Below are positions 32,172 to 39,002 of a stretch of DNA of 58,039 bases, piece by piece. Within the stretch, counting starts at the first letter, position 1. Each line of letters begins with the position of its first letter. The DNA is from an uncultured Propionibacterium sp. (GTDB lineage Bacteria > Actinomycetota > Actinomycetes > Propionibacteriales > Propionibacteriaceae), in NCBI GenBank assembly GCA_964293265.1, contig CAXYYR010000001.1, forward strand, positions 1 to 58,039. Direction: 5' to 3'. Position numbers and translations under genes: made by a program. The notes under the pieces were generated by a model. It made no database searches. It saw only the letters and a program-made list of their open reading frames with translations, and was not told where the DNA came from.

Positions 32172-32206
32172 CGCATGACCAAGGGCCTCATCAAGGCCCG
32201 ACAACT

Positions 32207-32241
32207 TTCGGGTATCGGCCCCACAAGGGCCGGTACCCGAA
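32207..32241 (+). terminator. Intrinsic terminator-like hairpin
   Basis: TTCGGGTATCGGCCC-CACAA-GGGCCGGTACCCGAA. Confidence 0.7.
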
Positions 32242-32538
32242 TTGATTGCTGCACAACAGCTACGTGAGATCGTCGTCGTGAACAACGACTGCAACAGTCA
32301 TGAGGTCTGGTCAATATCGCAGGATCACTACTGCATCGGACACGCAGGCTCCTGCATTTTCTGCAGTAACCCGGGGGATGCATGGGCAGATCACAATGGT
32401 TGAATATTGAATTTTCGCCAAACCAATTGGTTCTCGGAAAATGTGACAGTTTCAGCCACCAAATGACCTCAACCAACGAATGGTGGCATGATTACCATCG
32501 TCCATCCATTCGTGGCCAGACTCATGGGGTGAAATTCA

Positions 32539-33371
32539 ATGCGGCCCTCCCGCAAGCAAATGATTGGTGGCACAGCCGCTCTCATCTGTCTAGGTGTCCT
32601 GGTCGCCGGCACCTCATGGGTGGCATCTCCTTCCAACATAAGTGTCGCAGTCACACCATCCGATACACCGATGCCGACTCTCAGCGAGACTCCCTCAGCG
32701 ACACCCGCCCCCCGCAAATACTGAGCAAACCGCTCAGGGTGGTTCGCAATCAGCCGCAGCCCAGCCCGTTCAAGAGCCTGGAATCGCAGCCCTGATTGCG
32801 CAATCGTCTGCTGCTCGGCGGACTTCGCAAGTTCTTGTGGTGGTTGGTTCTGGCGTGTCCGCGCATGTGGTGCTCGTCTCGGAGCAGAGCGATGGAACCT
32901 GGGCGAGCACTGTTGAGGCCTGGGGGCATGTGGGTTCTGGTGGCGTTGGCAGCGCCTCGGAATATTCGAGTGCCACCCCTGCCGGTGTCTGGCCATTGAC
33001 GGCAGCATTCGGTTCAGCAGGGAATCCTGGGTCCGCATTGCCATATCGGGCTATTACTTCTGCATCTTGTTACATCTCGGATGTCAATGATCCGCAGTAC
33101 AACACATGGCAGGAGCGATCCTCGTGCCCTGCACCAAATGAGCACATGGCGGATTATCCAACTCAGTACGCCTATGGCCTCGTGATGGGTTACAACCAAT
33201 CTGGCACGCCTGGTGCAGGATCAGCCTTTTTCGTGCATGTCGATAACGGCGCCGCCACTGCTGGCTGCGTATCGGTGCCGACGTGGATGATGGTGAGCCT
33301 GTTGCAGTCGATCCGCCCCGGGGGCATTGATTGCCAACGTGACGAGCGAAGCAGCGCTCGCCAATATTTAG
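32539..33371 (+). pseudogene. Frameshifted copy of the L,D-transpeptidase-family gene at 38020-38862
   Basis: Colinear with 38020-38862; apparent +1 frameshifts in a C6 run (32708-32713) and a G5 run (33320-33324, G4 in the intact copy). Confidence 0.85.
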
Positions 33372-33373
33372 AG
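32796..33373 (+). repeat. About 580-bp direct repeat, copy 1 (copy 2 at 38288-38864)
   Basis: Read by eye: about a dozen substitutions and one indel, with an identical central stretch of about 300 bp. Confidence 0.95.
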
Positions 33374-33800
33374 GGTACGAAGCCAACCCAAGTTATTGGC
33401 CATGCCCACAAACAGCCTTCCTCCCGGGATAGCACACGCATGCTCAATCTCATTGCGCTCAACAACCAGCAACACCCAGAACGTTTGAGGCAATGCCCGA
33501 GGCGATGGCGTGAATCTTCTGTGGCTGCGCACTGACAGTACTGAATCTTGGCTTCCTGCACCGTGTGCCGTTGACGACATCACAGGACGGATCCAAGCAG
33601 CTGTGGGAACCGTCGTCGCATCGGATGAGGCGATTCGTCGCGTGCTGTCTTTGGAGACGGTTGCGGAGATGAACGCTGATGATCGATTCCTGGCATGGAT
33701 GCTGGTCACCGCCATCGGGGCTGACACCGGAACGGGTTCGTTATCGGTGCCCCAAAAATACTGCCTGCCAACGCTGGTCGATGTTGAGCGAGCTGCATCA

Positions 33801-34844
33801 TCAGAGCAGCCGAAGGCCTGGTGGTCGGATAGGTAGCAGCTGGTTCGGGCTGTCGGTTGTGACTCCGGTGATCCGGGTGATCGCTTCCGGGGCAGCGTTG
33901 ATTGCTTGCAGCTGTTGCATCAGTGAATCGAGCAGTGCCGGCTTCTCTTCCGGGATGGTGTCGGATCCGGGTTCATGTCGGCGCCAGCCGCGTGCACCGA
34001 ATCGCTTGTACAACCCGGTTCGGGTCTGCTTGGTCATGATTCTCAGCCGGAATGCACGTTCGATGATGGCTTGCATCGAGACGCCCCACAGTTGCTTGAG
34101 TGGCCCCAAGCTGTTGATATCGATATTGCGGAGCTGCGGACGGATGGCAGCCTCGGGCATGAGGAACTCGGCAGCAAACTCGTTTGCCTGCGCTTCCATG
34201 TCCACCTGTGCATATTCGGCGTGCATCACCAGATGGCCCAGCTCGTGGGCGAGCGTCAGCCGTCTGCGGTCCATGGGTGCAGCAGAATTGAGCAGCACAA
34301 CCGGGACGGTGCCAACCCATTGGGAAAGCCCGTCGATCCGTGGCGTTGCCAGCTGGCGCAGCACAACCACAACACCGGCCGCTTCAACCCAGCGAGTCAG
34401 GTCCTTGACGGGCCCGATAGGCATCCGCCATTGCTGGCGGACAAGCCGCGCGGCATCGGCCGGTTCCACTTGGTCGGGATCAGTTGCCGGCACGATGAGC
34501 TCGGGCGTCATTTCGATGGTGGAGAACAGACGGTCAGCTTGGAAGCGAAACATGTTGAGCTGCGCTTCGCTGCGGCGCCAGTCAGATACTTTCGTGGTGA
34601 CGCGGCGACGCATATGGGCATCGACCGCCAAGGGGGCAGTGACGGCGCTGCCGACAGCAAGCGCGTCTGTGGTGAGGCCCAGTGCTTCAGCCAGAATCGC
34701 CACCGCGTCCGAATCAGGTTCGCGGTCCCCTGATTCATAGCGGGACAGCGTTCCTTGTTTCATCCCGGTGACAGCCACCAGATCGGCTTGAGTCATGCCC
34801 AGAGCTCGGCGGGCAACTTGGATCAGTTCACCTGTCTGATTCAT
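33801..34844 (-). CDS. XRE HTH + ImmA/IrrE (peptidase M78) fusion; Rv2017-like putative antitoxin/regulator
   Basis: ARRALGMTQADL..QGTLSRYESG HTH; TLAHELGH; EAQANEFAAEFLMP. Confidence 0.92.
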   Translation of the reverse strand: MNQTGELIQVARRALGMTQADLVAVTGMKQGTLSRYESGDREPDSDAVAILAEALGLTTDALAVGSAVTAPLAVDAHMRRRVTTKVSDWRRSEAQLNMFRFQADRLFSTIEMTPELIVPATDPDQVEPADAARLVRQQWRMPIGPVKDLTRWVEAAGVVVVLRQLATPRIDGLSQWVGTVPVVLLNSAAPMDRRRLTLAHELGHLVMHAEYAQVDMEAQANEFAAEFLMPEAAIRPQLRNIDINSLGPLKQLWGVSMQAIIERAFRLRIMTKQTRTGLYKRFGARGWRRHEPGSDTIPEEKPALLDSLMQQLQAINAAPEAITRITGVTTDSPNQLLPIRPPGLRLL

Positions 34845-35457
34845 CGCCAACAACACCTTGATTCACCGAAGCGATTTCCTCGAAGGCGCCGTCCAGGTCG
34901 AAGGCTGGCATGGGCACATCCTCGATAAGCCGTGTCCGAATCGTCGGGATCCCGTCTGCGGTATCGCGGACCAGCTCGGCACCCCACACCGGCACATCAA
35001 TCCCGTTGCGCAGCGTGACGAGCGGGTAGGCGACTGCCCCATCAGCCCACATGTAGCCCATCGCCAGCGACCACGTTTGCCCACCGTCCAGGGTAGATTG
35101 GGGGTTGCGGTAGAACGCTTGCGCGGCCCGTGTCGGGTAGGTCGAGATTTTATCGTTCTCTTTGTGGCGCTTGACTCGCACAAGATATTTCCCTGCCACC
35201 GAGAATTCTCGGCGGTTCTCATCATCCCTGACAACGATGTCAGCATTTCTCTCAAACTGACTGCTGAGACGTCCCCAAATTCGTTCATGCAGAAGCATCG
35301 CAACGAAACGTTGCTGATAGGTGGTTGCCCAATCAGGATGCTCCGAATAGAACAGAAGCCGGTCCTGCTCGGCCCCCGCCACTGCATCCACAAAGCCCGA
35401 AACAAACTCCGGAGTAAGGTCATCAACAACGATATCTGGCTGAGGGATGGCATTCAT
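34828..35457 (-). CDS. Rv2016-like putative toxin
   Basis: LLHERIW, RVKRH..DKISTYPTR, MGYMW, LVTLRNG..VWG resemble M. tuberculosis Rv2016 as I recall it. Overlaps the XRE-ImmA gene. Confidence 0.75.
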   Translation of the reverse strand: MNAIPQPDIVVDDLTPEFVSGFVDAVAGAEQDRLLFYSEHPDWATTYQQRFVAMLLHERIWGRLSSQFERNADIVVRDDENRREFSVAGKYLVRVKRHKENDKISTYPTRAAQAFYRNPQSTLDGGQTWSLAMGYMWADGAVAYPLVTLRNGIDVPVWGAELVRDTADGIPTIRTRLIEDVPMPAFDLDGAFEEIASVNQGVVGDESDR

Positions 35458-35464
35458 ACCGGAA

Positions 35465-35473
35465 AATATACCA
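35465..35473 (-). promoter_or_regulatory. Extended -10 for a leaderless toxin-antitoxin transcript
   Basis: Minus strand TGG-TATATT-7nt-ATG(35457). Confidence 0.6.
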
Positions 35474-35650
35474 CCTTAATAGCCCCCTGGTCCACTCACA
35501 GAAAGCTACGGCATGGTGACCTCATCAAAGCCAGTTTCCAGCAGCCCAAAGAGGCTGCACGACCACTACATATAGTGCTAGGATAATAAACGACCCACAA
35601 TGAGTTGTGGTTTCTGCTAGGTTGGCTGTATGAATATAGAAGAGGAACCA

Positions 35651-36178
35651 TTGAGCACCACGGGCTAGGTAGACACAGGCGGCGGTACGGGCGCCCCACC
35701 ACACGTCTACGAGCATTTGAACGCAACGTTGCAGCGCCGAACGCCTGGCAAGGGCCAGTTGGATGACACCGGTAGCATCTCGCGCAACGCCAACGACAAC
35801 ACCGATCATATCTGGTTGCATCTCGCTACTGGTGCCTGCATCGTATTGGCTTCAAGCGGCGGTTGGGGGAAGCCAGAGTCTTCCTTTTTCAAGCTGTTTC
35901 TCTATGCGCCAAGCACGCCGGCGTGGGATATAACTTTCACAGTCTTAGGGAAACACCAGATCAATTTTGATGCATCGAAAATAGGTTGCGACAGGTACGG
36001 CGACGTAATGCAGGCAGCCGAAGAAAAAGTTACTGCCCGTATTGGCGCGCGGGGGCTATATCAGTTTGCACCGTCGCCTCACTTCGTTGATAAGCCACTA
36101 CCGGAGCGCCCCTCGTTGACCAAGGTGGTTCTGGCATGGTTGCGATGGGATCCGGCACAGCCCGCCACACTGCTGTGA
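35651..36178 (+). pseudogene. Hypothetical protein, possibly interrupted by an in-frame amber at codon 6
   Basis: AGAGGA RBS, TTG at 35651, TAG at 35666-35668, then the same frame stays open to 36178. Confidence 0.45.
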
Positions 36179-36485
36179 GGATGTCGTGCTGACCAGGTTC
36201 GATCAGTCCGCGTGCAGCGATGCCAGTTGCCCTGGTGCCAGCGCCGGCAGTCTGTGAGGGCCTCTGTGCATACGTCACCAATGGTGCGGTCGGCTTGGGC
36301 TGCCGCGAGCTTGAGTTGGCGAGACAGGCCCAGAGATCACCGGCGAGCAGCCTGACACGCCAGTCGATCCTCCGACGTCGCTTCGTGGCCCTGACCGCGA
36401 GATGCCGAATTGGGCCGAGGATATGGATGCCGATGATCCTCGCGACGACCCACACGGACTGTGAGCAAGGCCCGTGGACGAAACA

Positions 36486-36512
36486 AAGGCCCCGGCGTAA
36501 TGCCGGGGCCTT
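36486..36512 (-). terminator. Intrinsic terminator of the DUF4190-like gene
   Basis: AAGGCCCCGGC-GTAAT-GCCGGGGCCTT with a T-rich tail on the minus strand. Confidence 0.8.
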
Positions 36513-36530
36513 GCTGTGTGTCGTGCTAGA

Positions 36531-37205
36531 TCAGTTCAGCGCGGAGACTGATGTCACCACGAAGGTTGCTGTCTTCAGCGCTTCTTGCTTGTCGGATGTG
36601 ACGAACTGGAACGCCTTTTCCGAGCTTGACTGTCCACCCGCGAGATCGGTCACGTACACCGAATCGGTCTCAATCTGGGTGCCATCGGCTGCGTTGGCGG
36701 CAATGGTGATGGAGAAGCTGTGCTGCTCATCGGTGATGTTCTTGACAGTCACCGGCAGCTGAGTGGTGTACCCGTCAGCAGAGACGGTGAACGTTCCCGG
36801 CGTGACATTCACAGTGTCCTGCAGCAGCTGTTCGGTGTTCTCACCGGTGATATCAGCCAGGCTTGCGCTAGCCGAGGCAACCGACGAGCTGACAGATTCT
36901 GCTGCACCGTAGATCGAGGCAGCCGCGATGATTGACACGATGATTGCAGCGGCACCGAGGACGGTAGCTGCGATGGCTTTCCCGCCATGCTTCTTCACGA
37001 TCCCGAGAATGCCGAACAGCAGCGCGAGAGCGCCTGTGATGATGGCAACCGGCATCCCGATCACCGGGATGAAAGCAAACACGACACCGATGATGCCGAG
37101 CACGAGCCCTGCGGTGGCCAGGCCTGTTTTCTTGGTGGGCTGCGGTGCAGCATACTGGGCGCCGTACTGAGGTGGCGTCGGTGGGACAGGCGGCATTGCG
37201 GTCAT
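36531..37205 (-). CDS. DUF4190-like membrane protein with extracellular Ig-like domain
   Basis: Pro-rich N-terminus, GLATAGLVLGII..GILG..GKAIAATVLG, beta-rich C-terminus. Confidence 0.8.
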   Translation of the reverse strand: MTAMPPVPPTPPQYGAQYAAPQPTKKTGLATAGLVLGIIGVVFAFIPVIGMPVAIITGALALLFGILGIVKKHGGKAIAATVLGAAAIIVSIIAAASIYGAAESVSSSVASASASLADITGENTEQLLQDTVNVTPGTFTVSADGYTTQLPVTVKNITDEQHSFSITIAANAADGTQIETDSVYVTDLAGGQSSSEKAFQFVTSDKQEALKTATFVVTSVSALN

Positions 37206-37301
37206 GCTGATTCCTTCACGATGGAGTGGGCAGAATTATTTCCTACCCACAGGAACCTAGCGGATTGCTGTGGATCAGCCATGGACACCACCCGAATAGC
37301 C

Positions 37302-37694
37302 TCAACTAGAGGTCCAGATCTGCGCTCTGGCTTCGGTGTTTACCCATTGCAGCGTGCGGACATCGACACCCACGATCTCCGCAATCTCGCGCGGATCTTG
37401 CGCCCATGCCATCGCGTCCGCAAGCCTCTCGGGGTCGATCAGCCTGGCAGCGGCCAGCCTCCGCACCTCGCGCTCTTCCCGGATTTTCAGCCATCGGTCG
37501 CGTGGGACGGAGCCGCGCTCCACATGGATGAGCTCGTGGGTGAGTGTGCAGCGCCGCTCTGTGGGAGTTAGGCCGATATCGAGGACGATGGTGCAGGTCG
37601 CCCAGATCGTCAGTCCACGCCGTGGCCGAATGTCGGCAACCTCAATCCGCCAGCCGGGCCAGTCGGTAGCCACACACTCCCACGGATCGAACAT
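37302..37694 (-). CDS. Small ImmA/IrrE-family metallopeptidase (antirepressor-like)
   Basis: MFDPW.., ERRCTLTHELIH, EEREVRRLAAARLI. Start fixed by the promoter 7 nt upstream. Confidence 0.85.
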   Translation of the reverse strand: MFDPWECVATDWPGWRIEVADIRPRRGLTIWATCTIVLDIGLTPTERRCTLTHELIHVERGSVPRDRWLKIREEREVRRLAAARLIDPERLADAMAWAQDPREIAEIVGVDVRTLQWVNTEARAQIWTSS

Positions 37695-37702
37695 GCGTTT
37701 GA
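37687..37702. promoter_or_regulatory. LexA (SOS) box overlapping the start codon
   Basis: TCGAACATGCGTTTGA versus the actinobacterial consensus TCGAAC-N4-GTTCGA (1 mismatch). Confidence 0.8.
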
Positions 37703-37724
37703 ATCTAGTGGCGGCCACTGACAA
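37702..37724 (-). promoter_or_regulatory. PafBC-type (RecA-NDp) DNA-damage promoter
   Basis: Minus strand TTGTCAGTG-GCCGCCAC-TAGATT fits tTGTCRgtg-N8-TAnnnT exactly; ATG follows 7 nt later. Confidence 0.8.
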
Positions 37725-37763
37725 GGCACTTTGGGGCACCTGGCGGAGGAGACGTGTTTTGCG

Positions 37764-37786
37764 AGTGCACCAAATAGTGCACCAAA
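37764..37786 (+). repeat. Tandem 11-bp direct repeat, probable integrase arm-type sites
   Basis: AGTGCACCAAA-T-AGTGCACCAAA, about 60 bp from the tRNA fragment. Confidence 0.65.
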
Positions 37787-37843
37787 ATTTTTGAGAAGCT
37801 CGAAATATTCGAACATCTATTCGTTTGTACGCCTGAATACTGA

Positions 37844-37881
37844 GTGCCTCCACGGGGGATCGAACCCCGGACCCAAGGATT
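37844..37881 (-). other. 3' half of a tRNA (Lys-like), att core
   Basis: Minus strand AA-TCCTT-GGGTC-CGGGG-TTCGATC-CCCCG-TGGAGGC-A-C gives a perfect T-arm and acceptor 3' strand; no D-arm or 5' acceptor strand upstream. Confidence 0.85.
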
Positions 37882-38019
37882 CACAGAGTGGTGACCTTGG
37901 TGGAACATCCTGGTTTTCCAGCAATGACGTTGTTTCTTTGATAATGCCCGCCGCCGCCTGAGGTGGCAGAATCTCGACCGTATTTCCATTCGTGGCCCGA
38001 CCCATGAGGTTAATTGTTT

Positions 38020-38862
38020 ATGCACGTTTCCCGCAAGCAGATGATTGGCGGTGCTGCCGCCATCGTCTGCCTTGGTGTTTTGGTTGCTGGCACTTCGTGG
38101 GTGGCTGCGCCTCCCAAGGTGAGTGTGGCTGCCGAATCAACGCCCACGCCTACGCCTACGCCGAGTGAAACCCCGACTCCCACGCCATCACCGAGCGCGA
38201 CTCCTGAGGCTGTGGCCACTGAGTCAGCTGAGGCGGCTCCGGTTCAGCAAGCACAGCCTGCTCAGGAAGCGGGCATTGCTGCGTTGGTTGCGCAATCGTC
38301 TGCTGCTCAGCGGACTTCGCAAGTTCTTGTGGTGGTTGGTTCTGGCGTATCCGCGCATGTGGTGCTCGTCTCGGAGCAGAGCGATGGAACCTGGGCAAGC
38401 ACAGTTGAAGCCTGGGGCCATGTGGGTTCTGGTGGCGTTGGCAGCGCCTCGGAATATTCGAGTGCCACCCCTGCCGGTGTCTGGCCATTGACGGCAGCAT
38501 TCGGTTCAGCAGGGAATCCTGGGTCCGCATTGCCATATCGGGCTATTACTTCTGCATCTTGTTACATCTCGGATGTCAATGATCCGCAGTACAACACATG
38601 GCAGGAGCGATCCTCGTGCCCTGCACCAAATGAGCACATGGCGGATTATCCAACTCAGTACGCCTATGGCCTCGTGATGGGTTACAACCAATCTGGCACG
38701 CCTGGTGCAGGATCAGCCTTTTTCGTGCATGTCGATAATGGCGCCGCCACTGCTGGCTGCGTATCGGTGCCGGCGTGGATGATGGTGAGTTTGTTGCAGT
38801 CGATTCGTCCCGGGGCATTGATTGCCAACGTGACGAGCGAAGCAGCGCTCGCCAATATTTAG
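38020..38862 (+). CDS. Exported L,D-transpeptidase (YkuD-like) family protein
   Basis: N-terminal hydrophobic anchor, (PT)n linker, TPAG, FFVHV..ATAGCVS His/Cys motif. Confidence 0.88.
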   Translation: MHVSRKQMIGGAAAIVCLGVLVAGTSWVAAPPKVSVAAESTPTPTPTPSETPTPTPSPSATPEAVATESAEAAPVQQAQPAQEAGIAALVAQSSAAQRTSQVLVVVGSGVSAHVVLVSEQSDGTWASTVEAWGHVGSGGVGSASEYSSATPAGVWPLTAAFGSAGNPGSALPYRAITSASCYISDVNDPQYNTWQERSSCPAPNEHMADYPTQYAYGLVMGYNQSGTPGAGSAFFVHVDNGAATAGCVSVPAWMMVSLLQSIRPGALIANVTSEAALANI

Positions 38863-38869
38863 AGTTTGC

Positions 38870-38918
38870 GGGGGCCGACCCGGCTTAGTTCTTGGCGGAA
38901 TGCGCCGGGCCGGTCCCT
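38870..38918 (+). terminator. Intergenic hairpin
   Basis: GGGGGCCGACCCGGC...GCCGGGCCGGTCCCT. Confidence 0.55.
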
Positions 38919-39002
38919 TTGCATCTGGTTCGACCTCAGATGGTCGGCCCAGTTGTACAGATCAGTGTGGTCTGCACCTGTGTTGTCGAAGGGACAACGT
39001 TG

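Larger units (their letters stand above)
31077..37843. mobile_element. Decaying accessory island, probable remnant of a sibling element
   Basis: Visibly more AT-rich than the core; contains pseudogenes, a TA pair, an ImmA-type gene and a duplicate of the ICE's first gene. Left boundary uncertain. Confidence 0.55.

Noticed and set aside
33374-33836. ORF 33510-33836 and the tail of ORF 32642-33535
   Set aside because: No RBS or recognisable motif, and it overlaps the convergent gene; the longer ORF's tail results from the frameshift. Possibly a gene remnant, but unsupported.
36179-36480. ORFs 36220-36762 and 36030-36455
   Set aside because: They run through a terminator or antisense to better genes; at most a decayed fragment.
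37695-37853. N-terminal extension of the ImmA-like ORF to 37853
   Set aside because: It would run through the promoter, arm repeats and att core; ATG 37694 fits the promoter.
37844-37915. Complete tRNA-His (CTGTGAA loop)
   Set aside because: No 5' anticodon-stem strand pairing with TCCTT, no D-arm and no GCCTCCA acceptor strand; only the 3' half is present.
31044-38010. Recurring ATGAGG/CCTCAT hexamers as shufflon or cassette recombination sites
   Set aside because: Only 6 bp with unrelated flanks, no recombinase nearby, and one instance belongs to the duplicated LDT upstream region.
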